Assembly (NCBI GenBank): GCA_964591835.1
Contig: CAZQBS010000008.1
Coordinates: 1,959 to 65,958 of the forward strand
Reading direction: 5' to 3'
Source: an uncultured Sphingorhabdus sp.
GTDB taxonomy: Bacteria > Pseudomonadota > Alphaproteobacteria > Sphingomonadales > Sphingomonadaceae
DNA length: 64,000 nucleotides
Shown: one piece after another, positions 40,214 through 49,462 of the stretch
Layout: every line of letters starts with the position of its first letter
Position numbering within the stretch: the stretch's first letter is position 1
Notes under the pieces: model-generated
Told to the model about the DNA's origin: nothing
The model's input: the letters and a program-made list of their open reading frames with translations, nothing else
Databases searched by the model: none
Made by a program: the position numbers and the translations under genes

Positions 40214-40642
40214 TCAGTTGGCAAGTTCTTTGAAAGGATTGACGACTTTTACAGCGCCATAAATCTGACCATCGTTGAGGTCTTCGCTGAACAGCGTTTG
40301 GGCGTTCAAAGCGTTGGCCGCCGCCAGCACAGCACCGTCCCAATAGGAAAGCTGGTAGCGGTCGGCGAAAGCGATACCTTCGAATACCAATTGCTGGTTG
40401 GTAGGGACAAAGTCCATTGACGCCATCATTTCGAGCCATTTCAACGCTTCGTTTTTAGGCAGCGGGACAGGGTGCAGCCTCAATGCGTTAGTGTAAAATT
40501 CCTGCATGATCTGGGCAGACATACCGAAATTGTTTTGCTTCAAAAGATCGCGGGCAACTTCCCGTTTGCCCATGTCTTTCTGAGCCTCTTGGACTGCGGC
40601 TGCGTAAAGAAAAACGTTGGTGTCGATGAAGCAGTCGGTCAT
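40214..40642 (-). CDS. PIN-domain (VapC-like) toxin
   Basis: FIDTNVFLY, QEF, SYWDGAV and FSEDLNDG acidic PIN residues; overlaps the upstream antitoxin gene by 4 nt. Confidence 0.88.
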   Translation of the reverse strand: MTDCFIDTNVFLYAAAVQEAQKDMGKREVARDLLKQNNFGMSAQIMQEFYTNALRLHPVPLPKNEALKWLEMMASMDFVPTNQQLVFEGIAFADRYQLSYWDGAVLAAANALNAQTLFSEDLNDGQIYGAVKVVNPFKELAN

Positions 40643-40878
40643 CGTTTGTGACGATCATAAGTGTCTTCGCGATTCCAACTGCTCATATCGAACCGCGCTT
40701 TAGTATTCGCGCCCAAAGCAAGTACTTCGTCGATTAATTCCTGCCGCCGTGCGGTTGTGTCAACCAAATCCTCCATATGCTTGCGGATCAAAGCGTTGAC
40801 GGTGGTCTTACGCTCCGCCGCATAAACGCGAACGCGCGCGAGTGTGTCATCGGGTATGGACAAGGTCAGATTTGTCAT
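40639..40878 (-). CDS. Ribbon-helix-helix antitoxin (DUF6364-like)
   Basis: MTNLTLSIPDDTLARVRVYAAERKTTVNALIR: beta-strand plus helix pattern; 79 aa; coupled to the PIN gene. Confidence 0.8.
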   Translation of the reverse strand: MTNLTLSIPDDTLARVRVYAAERKTTVNALIRKHMEDLVDTTARRQELIDEVLALGANTKARFDMSSWNREDTYDRHKR

Positions 40879-40892
40879 TTTTTTTCTCCACA

Positions 40893-40939
40893 TTTACACA
40901 GGATACGTGTAAAATAGAGTCGCATCTCGTTCATGTCAA
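40893..40939 (-). promoter_or_regulatory. TA-module promoter with overlapping palindromic operator
   Basis: The minus strand reads TTGACA-N17-TATTTT (40939-40911). The perfect palindrome TTTACAC-N7-GTGTAAA (40893-40913) overlaps the -10. Confidence 0.75.
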
Positions 40940-40962
40940 CGCGCCAGCACTGGGCGAACTGT

Positions 40963-41949
<987 letters not shown>

Positions 41950-41985
41950 TTATAGCGGAATTGCGGCGGCGTTACGCCGAATCGC

Positions 41986-41994
41986 TGTGGATAA
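41986..41994. promoter_or_regulatory. Perfect DnaA box upstream of mdh
   Basis: TGTGGATAA (reverse complement TTATCCACA), with a GANTC site at 41979-41983. Confidence 0.5.
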
Positions 41995-42049
41995 CAACCC
42001 ACTAAAGGCCCGAAGCCAACGCTTTTTATGATAACAGTTCGCAATAGCG

Positions 42050-42065
42050 TTAAAGGCGTTTTAAC
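42050..42065. promoter_or_regulatory. CtrA box, perfect, upstream of mdh
   Basis: TTAA-aggcgtt-TTAAC, overlapping the stop codon of the M20 peptidase gene. Confidence 0.55.
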
Positions 42066-43440
42066 CCGCCACCCGCCGCAACATTTCCATCCAGATCGGC
42101 ACCTGCCCGTGAAAGCCCTGCGCATAAACACGCTCATCGAGACCGTGAACGCCCTCTTTCTCGCCGACAATGCTCCAGTATCCGCCAAAGCCGTAAACCG
42201 GGATGCCTTGCGACCGCAGGAACGCGCCGTCGGTCGCGCCTGCCGACTGGAATGGAACTACCGGCGCATCTTTGAACCGCGTGGCAATGGCGGCCTTATA
42301 TGCTTCGGTGACTTCGTCGCGAAGCGGCGTCGGCGCGGTTTCGGGGGTTGGCGATCCTTCCACGACCGTTACCGAAACATCCGGCCCGGAAAGCAATTGT
42401 AACTGTTGGCGCACCTCCTCGACCTTCACGCCGGGAAAGATGCGGCAGTTGACGGTGGCCTCGGCTTTTTGCGGCAATGCGTTGGCAGCATGGCCTCCAC
42501 TGAGCATCGTCGCGACGCAGCGGGTGCGGGTCGAACCGGGGTCGAGCCCCTCCAGAAGGTCGGCGGTTTCGCGATCCTTCGGGTCGGCCAGAAAGCGTTT
42601 GACCAGTTCGCCATATTGCCCGTTGTCGCGTTTCGTCAGAAGTTCGTAATCCGCCCGGGTCGCATCGTTGATCATCGGTGCGAAGCGGTGACGTTCCAGC
42701 GCCGTTATCGCGCCCGCCAGCGCGTAAATCGCGTTGTCGGGACGCGGTGCGCTGCTGTGCCCGCCACGGTTGGTGGCTGTCAGCTTGTAATCGGCATAGG
42801 TCTTCTCGGCAATTTGCATGTAAAAGCTGTCTACCCGCCCGTCTGCGTAGACCGCGCCGCCGCCGGCATCACCGTTGAGCGCATATTCGGCGTCGATCAG
42901 CGTACGCCATTCGGCCGCCGCTCGTCGCGCTCCATTTCCGGTAGTTTCCTCGTCGCCGGTAAACAGCACGATGATATCGCGCGTCGGTTCGAACTTCTCT
43001 GCACGCAGATATTGCAGCGCCAGCACGATGCCGGTCAGCGCTGCTTTGTTATCGTTCGAACCGCGCCCCAGATAATAGCCGCCTTCCTCGCGGAACTTGA
43101 ACGGCGGATATTTCCAGTCGCTCTCCTTCGCCTCGACCACATCCATGTGCGCCATCAGCAGGATCGGCTTTTTGCCCGAAGGCTTGGCGGCGGGCCAACG
43201 CGCGATCAGCGTTTGGGTATTGTCATGGTCCTTGACGATGACGTTGGTGATGCCCGCCTTGCGGAATTCGGCAGTAAGCAGCGCAGTCATCTTCTTGAAC
43301 TCGGCTGTGCGGCCTTCGACCGTCGGGATTTCTACGATTTTCGCAAAGAGCTGCTTCTCCGCCGTCCGCTTTGCATCGTCTTGCGCGTGCAAAGGCGTCA
43401 GCGCCAGTATCGCCGCCGAAAGTACCAACAGTCTTTTCAT
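42061..43440 (-). CDS. M20/M25/M40-family metallopeptidase with signal peptide
   Basis: LMAHMDVV, GRGSNDNK, FTGDEET and GGHSSAP. Start MKRLL at 43440. Confidence 0.88.
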   Translation of the reverse strand: MKRLLVLSAAILALTPLHAQDDAKRTAEKQLFAKIVEIPTVEGRTAEFKKMTALLTAEFRKAGITNVIVKDHDNTQTLIARWPAAKPSGKKPILLMAHMDVVEAKESDWKYPPFKFREEGGYYLGRGSNDNKAALTGIVLALQYLRAEKFEPTRDIIVLFTGDEETTGNGARRAAAEWRTLIDAEYALNGDAGGGAVYADGRVDSFYMQIAEKTYADYKLTATNRGGHSSAPRPDNAIYALAGAITALERHRFAPMINDATRADYELLTKRDNGQYGELVKRFLADPKDRETADLLEGLDPGSTRTRCVATMLSGGHAANALPQKAEATVNCRIFPGVKVEEVRQQLQLLSGPDVSVTVVEGSPTPETAPTPLRDEVTEAYKAAIATRFKDAPVVPFQSAGATDGAFLRSQGIPVYGFGGYWSIVGEKEGVHGLDERVYAQGFHGQVPIWMEMLRRVAG

Positions 43441-43465
43441 GCCCGTCTCCCTCTTCGGCTCAACC

Positions 43466-44578
43466 CTAATGCTCGCCGTGCCCTTCTGCCAGATATTCCT
43501 CGCTCTGCATTTCCAGCAGCCGCGAGACAGTGCGATCGAATTCGAACTTTCCGTCGCCTTGCGTGTATAGTGCATCGGGCAACGCATCGGCGCTGGCGAT
43601 TAGCTTTACCTTATACTCGTAGAGCGCGTCGATCAGTGTGACAAAGCGCGCCGCTTCGTTGCGGTTGTGCGGACCCAGCACCGGGATGCCGACGATGATC
43701 ACACTATGATAGCGCCGCGCGATGACGAGATAATCCGCCGCGCCGCGCGCTTCTGCGCACAAACGCTTGAACGAAAATACCGCAACGCCCTTCAATGATT
43801 TCGGCACATGCAGCATCCGCCCACCGCCGACGTCGATTTCCTCAGACGGCACATGCGCGCGGTCCTCCGGCGGGTAATCGGTGAGGCGGAAGAAGGTTTC
43901 CGACAGCGATTTTGTTGCCTCCGGTCCATTCGGCACTAGCCAGGTCTGCGCGTTGCCAAGCCGCTCACGACGATAATCGGTGGGCCCATTGAGCGAGACG
44001 ATATCGAGCTTGTCCTCGACCAACTCAATGAACGGCAAAAACAATTGCCGGTTGAGCCCGTCTTTGTAGAGATCGCCGGGATGGCGGTTCGATGTTGTCA
44101 CCACCGTCACCCCCGTGGCGATTAGTCCCGTGAACAGCCGCGACATGATCGCAGCGTCAGCAGTATTGTTCACCACCATCTCGTCGAAGCAAAGCAACCG
44201 TACCTCGTCAGCCAGAGCATCGACCAGTGGCCGGATCGGGTCGCCCTCTTCCTTCTCCCGTTCGACTTTAAGCCGCGCATGGATATCAATCATGAACTCG
44301 TGAAAATGCGCACGACGTTTGCGTTTGATCGAGACGCAGTCGAAGAACAGGTCCATCAACATTGACTTGCCGCGCCCGACCCCGCCCCATAGATAAAGCC
44401 CGCGCGCCGGTTCGGGTTTCTTGCCAAGAAAGCGCCAGATCGTGCTGCCGCGTGGAGGAACGGCTTCAAGCTCGGCCTGCACCTTGCCGAGCGCCTGAAC
44501 CGCAGACGCTTGGTCCGAGTCAGTTTTCAACTCGCCTGCCGCAACGAGCGCGTTATATCGAAGGGTAACGCTATTCAT
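43466..44578 (-). CDS. zapE: Cell division protein ZapE (AFG1-family ATPase)
   Basis: GLYLWGGVGRGKSMLMD, LCFDE, TSNRHP and RFVTLIDALYE. Confidence 0.92.
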   Translation of the reverse strand: MNSVTLRYNALVAAGELKTDSDQASAVQALGKVQAELEAVPPRGSTIWRFLGKKPEPARGLYLWGGVGRGKSMLMDLFFDCVSIKRKRRAHFHEFMIDIHARLKVEREKEEGDPIRPLVDALADEVRLLCFDEMVVNNTADAAIMSRLFTGLIATGVTVVTTSNRHPGDLYKDGLNRQLFLPFIELVEDKLDIVSLNGPTDYRRERLGNAQTWLVPNGPEATKSLSETFFRLTDYPPEDRAHVPSEEIDVGGGRMLHVPKSLKGVAVFSFKRLCAEARGAADYLVIARRYHSVIIVGIPVLGPHNRNEAARFVTLIDALYEYKVKLIASADALPDALYTQGDGKFEFDRTVSRLLEMQSEEYLAEGHGEH

Positions 44579-44594
44579 TCCAGCGCCCATTTTG

Positions 44595-44661
44595 CTCACG
44601 CGGAGGCGCGGAGGACATAGAGGTGCAACGCCTCCCTGCGTCCTCTGCGCCTCTGCGTGAG
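44595..44661. repeat. REP-like inverted repeat, CTCACGCRGAGGCGCRGAGG type
   Basis: 22-nt arms at 44595-44616 and 44640-44661. The only two mismatches are G-T wobbles. Confidence 0.7.
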
Positions 44662-44665
44662 ATTT

Positions 44666-45118
44666 TCATCTCTTTGTCGGTTTCCTGATCGTGCCCGAGA
44701 AAGCGGCGATGCGGTTCTCGCCCTGAAGAACCAGTCCACGCATAAATAGCAGCCGCCCGGTTTCTTTCAGTAGCTCGACCTCCGCATCGAGCGGTTCGCC
44801 AATGATGCCCGCACCGATGAACTGTACCGACAGGTCGAGCGTCACCGCAGTTCCAGCTTCGATCAGCCCGAACATCCGCGACGCGCCGAACATCGCGACG
44901 TCGATGAAACCAAGCGTGACTCCGCCATGGATGGCGTTGCTCAAATTGCTGTGCGCGTGGCCGGGAAACATACGAAGCCCGGCCTTTCCGTTTCCCTCGC
45001 TCCGCACCAGCATCTTGCCGAGCACTGTACCATTGTAGCGGCTGGCATCGGTCATCTGCCATTTATGCCAACCCGGATGGTCCGGATCGGGGCTACTATC
45101 GAACGCGGGTGTGTCCAC
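44666..45118 (-). CDS. PaaI-family thioesterase
   Basis: IHGGVTLGFIDVAMF hot-dog motif, LLKETGRLLFMRG. The GTG start overlaps the sdhB TAG. Confidence 0.82.
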   Translation of the reverse strand: MDTPAFDSSPDPDHPGWHKWQMTDASRYNGTVLGKMLVRSEGNGKAGLRMFPGHAHSNLSNAIHGGVTLGFIDVAMFGASRMFGLIEAGTAVTLDLSVQFIGAGIIGEPLDAEVELLKETGRLLFMRGLVLQGENRIAAFSGTIRKPTKR

Positions 45119-45897
45119 TAGATGTGCCGTTCGGCAACCATCTTCTTGGTTTCGGCGATCGCCTTCGCCGGGTTCAAACCCTTCGGACAGGCGTTCGAAC
45201 AGTTCATGATCGTATGGCACCGATAGAGACGGAAGGGGTCCTCGAGTTCGTCAAGTCGCTCGCCGGTCATCTCGTCGCGGCTGTCGGCGAGCCAGCGATA
45301 GGCTTGCAGCAAGATTGCGGGGCCGAGGAACTTGTCCGAGTTCCACCAGTAAGACGGGCAGCTCGTCGAACAGCAGGCGCAGAGGATACACTCGTAGAGC
45401 CCGTCAAGCTTGGCGCGATCCTCGGGGCTTTGCAACCGCTCCTTGCCCGAGGGTTCGGGCGTTACCGTCTGCAACCAGGGCTTGATCGACGCATATTGCG
45501 CGTAGAAATGGGTGAAATCGGGGACGAGATCCTTGATGACCTCCATATGCGGCAGCGGCGTGATGGTGACCTCGCTCTTGCAATCTTCGATCGCGGTGGT
45601 GCAGGCGAGGCCGTTCTTGCCGTCAATATTCATCGAGCAGGAACCGCAAATCCCTTCGCGGCACGAGCGCCGGAATGTGAGCGATGCGTCCTGCTCACCC
45701 TTCATCTTGATGAGCGCATCGAGCACCATCGGTCCGCAACTGTCGGTGTCGATCTCGAAATTGTCGTAACGCGGATTTTCGCCACTATCTGGGTCGTAGC
45801 GATAAACCTTGAACTTCCTTACCGAACCACCGCTGGCCGCAGCATGGGTCTTGCCCTTCTGCACTTTGCTGTTCTTGGGAAGAAAGAAATCGGCCAT
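45118..45897 (-). CDS. sdhB: Succinate dehydrogenase iron-sulfur subunit
   Basis: [24 protein letters not shown] and [12 protein letters not shown]. Confidence 0.96.
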   Translation of the reverse strand: MADFFLPKNSKVQKGKTHAAASGGSVRKFKVYRYDPDSGENPRYDNFEIDTDSCGPMVLDALIKMKGEQDASLTFRRSCREGICGSCSMNIDGKNGLACTTAIEDCKSEVTITPLPHMEVIKDLVPDFTHFYAQYASIKPWLQTVTPEPSGKERLQSPEDRAKLDGLYECILCACCSTSCPSYWWNSDKFLGPAILLQAYRWLADSRDEMTGERLDELEDPFRLYRCHTIMNCSNACPKGLNPAKAIAETKKMVAERHI

Positions 45898-45952
45898 GGG
45901 AACGTCCTGTTAATCCGCTGTTGCCCGTTGCCCTAACCAAGACAGCCAACAA

Positions 45953-47290
45953 TCACAAGTCCGCAACTGCGTCAACTCGCGGTGCTTTTTTTGCAAGATG
46001 CACCCGCAGCTTGTCGATCTTGCGGCCGTCCATATCGACAACTTCGAAATGCCATCCTTGATCGACGAGCGATTCACCTTCGTGCGGGAGATGCCGCAGG
46101 ATGCTGAGAACATAGCCCGCCGCCGTCGCATAATCACGGTCCTCGGGCAGGTTGATATCCAGCGCCTCGGCCATAGCGTCGGCTGACATCGCGCCCGACA
46201 CCAGCATCGAGCCATCGTCGAGCCTGACGATATTGGGCGCGCTGCCCTGCGCCTGGTCCGAAGCAAATTCACCGGCTATTGCCGCCAGCAGATCGTTCGG
46301 AGTCACAATCCCTTCAAAATGCCCGTATTCGTCATGCACAAGCAACATCGGCACCTCGGACGAGCGCAATATTTCGAGCGCATCCATTGCATCCAACTGG
46401 TCGGATATGATTTCTGCACGCCGCATCAATATGCGGATGTCGAGCGGCTCACCCTTGATTTGCGCAGCGACAATATCGCGCGATTGCACGACACCGATGA
46501 TATCGTCCCCGTCCTCGCCAGTCACCGGCAGCCGCGTATGGAGCGAATTGACGAGTGCCTCGCGCACTTTGTCGTCCGAGGCATCGACGGAGATCCGGTC
46601 GACATCGGTTCGCGGGGTCATCACCTCGCGCACGGGCCGGTCGGCAAGCCGGACAACACCGGCGATGACCTTATGCTCATGCTCCTCGATAATACCCGCA
46701 TGGGTGGCCTCGGCAAAAACCATCCGCAGCTCTTCGGCGGTCAGGGCGTCGCGACTGTCCCGGCGAAGGCCTAGCAACCGGAAAATCAGCGAACTCGACT
46801 TATCGAGCAGCCAGACAATCGGCGCGGTGATTCGCGCCAACAGCTCCATCGGCGCGGCCATGATGACAGCAATGCGCTCGGGCGCAATCAGAGCGAATTG
46901 CTTCGGCACCAGCTCGCCCACCACCAGCGACGCATAGGTCGTCAGCGATATAACCATGCCGAAACCCAGCGTATCGGACCATTCGACCGGAACGCCCAAC
47001 GCTGCCAACCGCTGGGCAATTGGCTCTCCCAATGTCGAACCCGAATAAGCGCCATTAATAATGCCGATCAGCGTAATCCCGATCTGGACGGTGGACAAAA
47101 ACTTACCCGGATCGCGTGACAGTCTGAGCGCAGCCTTGGCGCCGCTGCTTCCTTCTTCGGCCATCGCCTTGAGCTTCGCGGTTCGCGAGGAGACAATGGC
47201 AAGCTCGGACATGGCGAACACGCCGTTCAGCGCAATCAACATCAATATCGTTGCGGCGTCGAACCAGGGAAAAGGGTGAAGAACGTCCAT
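45953..47290 (-). CDS. HlyC/CorC (hemolysin-like) CNNM-CBS-CorC protein
   Basis: FAMSELAIVSSR, LSTVQIGIT, GELVPK, VHDEYG and MDGRKIDKL. Confidence 0.9.
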   Translation of the reverse strand: MDVLHPFPWFDAATILMLIALNGVFAMSELAIVSSRTAKLKAMAEEGSSGAKAALRLSRDPGKFLSTVQIGITLIGIINGAYSGSTLGEPIAQRLAALGVPVEWSDTLGFGMVISLTTYASLVVGELVPKQFALIAPERIAVIMAAPMELLARITAPIVWLLDKSSSLIFRLLGLRRDSRDALTAEELRMVFAEATHAGIIEEHEHKVIAGVVRLADRPVREVMTPRTDVDRISVDASDDKVREALVNSLHTRLPVTGEDGDDIIGVVQSRDIVAAQIKGEPLDIRILMRRAEIISDQLDAMDALEILRSSEVPMLLVHDEYGHFEGIVTPNDLLAAIAGEFASDQAQGSAPNIVRLDDGSMLVSGAMSADAMAEALDINLPEDRDYATAAGYVLSILRHLPHEGESLVDQGWHFEVVDMDGRKIDKLRVHLAKKAPRVDAVADL

Positions 47291-47448
47291 CGGGAGAATT
47301 ACGCCATAAGGCCAAGCAGGGGCACAACGCAACAAAATGAACGAAAAATGGTTATGGTCAAAAGATGTAACACAGGGAGAGCCAATCATCTCTCGTTCAT
47401 CTTTTCAGGCGTTAAGCTGAACAGGTTTACACAAAAGGAGATGAAATC

Positions 47449-48114
47449 ATGAAAAACAATCATATCATATCGCTTGGCCTCGTTGCGGCCCTGCTTCCGC
47501 TATCGGCCTGCGTCACTGACCCCGAAACCGGCAACCGGACGATTTCCAAGGCAGCTATTGGCGGTGTTGGCGGCGCTCTTGGCGGCTATCTGCTGGGTGA
47601 CCTGATCGGCGGCAAACGCGACCGCACCGAGAAGATCGTTGGCGCGGGCATCGGTGCGGTCGCAGGTGCAGGCGTAGGCTATTATATGGACGAGCAGGAA
47701 AAGAAGCTTCGCCAGCAAACCGCCGGCACCGGTGTCAATGTTATCCGCGACGGCGACAATCTGGTGCTCGACATGCCTTCCGAAGTGACTTTTGCGGTTG
47801 ATAGCTCGACCGTACAGCCTGCTTTCCAGAATACCTTGAACCAGGTTGCGCAGACCCTGACCCAATATGAAAAAACCTATGTCGATGTGCTTGGGCACAC
47901 CGATTCGACCGGGTCGGATGCGTACAACCAAAGCCTGTCCGAACGCCGTGCTTCGTCGGTTGCTGGCTATCTGACGTCACGCGGTGTGCAGTCGGCACGG
48001 CTTGCGACCCAAGGCTATGGCGAAAGCCAGCCAAAGGCGAGCAATCTCGACGCGGCCGGCCGCGCCGCCAACCGACGCGTTGAAATCCGGCTGGTGCCAG
48101 TGACGGCGAGCTAA
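47449..48114 (+). CDS. OmpA-family lipoprotein with glycine zipper (YiaD-like)
   Basis: Lipobox LSAC, GAGIGAVAGAGVG, GHTDSTG, LSERRA and NRRVEI. Confidence 0.9.
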   Translation: MKNNHIISLGLVAALLPLSACVTDPETGNRTISKAAIGGVGGALGGYLLGDLIGGKRDRTEKIVGAGIGAVAGAGVGYYMDEQEKKLRQQTAGTGVNVIRDGDNLVLDMPSEVTFAVDSSTVQPAFQNTLNQVAQTLTQYEKTYVDVLGHTDSTGSDAYNQSLSERRASSVAGYLTSRGVQSARLATQGYGESQPKASNLDAAGRAANRRVEIRLVPVTAS

Positions 48115-49346
48115 ACGGTTAGGCCCTTGAGCAATTTGGGCAGGGCGCCGCTTTCGCCCCTCGCTTCGGCCATGAAAAAGGCCTTGGCGGGGGGCGTTCG
48201 CTGGATCAGGCTCATGCCAAGACGGCGGACGGCGGAAGCGGTTTTTCCGGGGATACCGAAGAGCCGGTTGAGGCCGTCGGTTGAGGCGGCGACCAGCGAT
48301 GTATCGACGCTGCGCCAGCGGCTGTAGCGTTCGAGCAATTGTGCGTTGCCGAGGTCAAGGCCAAGCCGAATTCCGTCGACGATCACCTCGGCCAGCGCCG
48401 CGACATCGCGCAAACCCAGATTGAGGCCTTGGCCTGCAATCGGATGGATGCCGTGCGCGCTGTCGCCGATCAGCACCAGCCGCTCGGCGGTAATCGACGC
48501 CGCGTGGTGGAAGCCTAATTTATAGGTCGATAGCGGCGCCGCCAGTTCGACTGCGCCCAATATTCCGCCCCCCGCTTTACCACCCATGGCTTTTTCAAGT
48601 TCGGCTGCGTAACCGCGCGGCGATAGCTTCAGATAAGCGGATGCATCCGCAGTATCGACCGACCAGACGATGGCCGACCGGTGTCGCCCGTCGCCATTGA
48701 CCATCGGCAGCACCGCAAACGGCCCCGACGGATAGAAAATCTCGTAAGCAGTTTGAGCGTGTGGTTTTTCGTGGAAAATTGCGCCGACCATTGCGCTGTG
48801 ACCATATTGCCAGTGAGCAATTTTTATCCCGGCCTCGTCGCGCGTCAAGCTCTGCCGACCTTCGGCGACGATCATCAAATCGGCGGTGAGTGTACTGCCG
48901 TTGTCCAACACGACTTGAGCTGCTGCGCCGTCACGGCTCTTGCTGGCGATGTTGGCGGGCATATGCAGCGTAATAGCTTCGCTGGCGTTAGCCGCCCCGA
49001 ATAATGTCTGCCGTAAAAAGCGGTTTTCAAACATCTGCCCCAGAAAACCGTCATCGGCGCTTGGCACGAAATCGAGCGCGCCGGGTTTCAAACCGTCGCT
49101 CACCCATATCCGCTCAATAGGGCAGCCGTTGCCCGCCAACGCATCGCCCAAGCCAATCGCTACCAGCATCTTCATGCTCGAACTCGAAATTGCCGAGGTT
49201 CGCCCGTCGAAACCGGCGGCGGTCATTCTGGCAGGATCGGCGCGGTCGATGACATGGCTGGTGATTCCGTGCGCGGCAAGCGCAAGCGCCTGTGTTAGCC
49301 CGATTAGGCCGCCGCCGATTATGATTACGTCCGCTTTCTGAGTCAT
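48111..49346 (-). CDS. UbiH/UbiF/COQ6-family FAD-dependent hydroxylase
   Basis: GGGLIG, DGRTSAI, GDSAHGIHPIAGQGLNLGLRD. Confidence 0.9.
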   Translation of the reverse strand: MTQKADVIIIGGGLIGLTQALALAAHGITSHVIDRADPARMTAAGFDGRTSAISSSSMKMLVAIGLGDALAGNGCPIERIWVSDGLKPGALDFVPSADDGFLGQMFENRFLRQTLFGAANASEAITLHMPANIASKSRDGAAAQVVLDNGSTLTADLMIVAEGRQSLTRDEAGIKIAHWQYGHSAMVGAIFHEKPHAQTAYEIFYPSGPFAVLPMVNGDGRHRSAIVWSVDTADASAYLKLSPRGYAAELEKAMGGKAGGGILGAVELAAPLSTYKLGFHHAASITAERLVLIGDSAHGIHPIAGQGLNLGLRDVAALAEVIVDGIRLGLDLGNAQLLERYSRWRSVDTSLVAASTDGLNRLFGIPGKTASAVRRLGMSLIQRTPPAKAFFMAEARGESGALPKLLKGLTV

Positions 49347-49462
49347 GCCGCGCTTATGGCGCATAGCGGGGGCGGGTTCAAAGCACGATTTTAGCGGTCA
49401 CGCTTGACGGCGAGTCCGCAGGGCGCGAAAAGGGGCGTATTAACCCTATAGAGCAGCATAGC

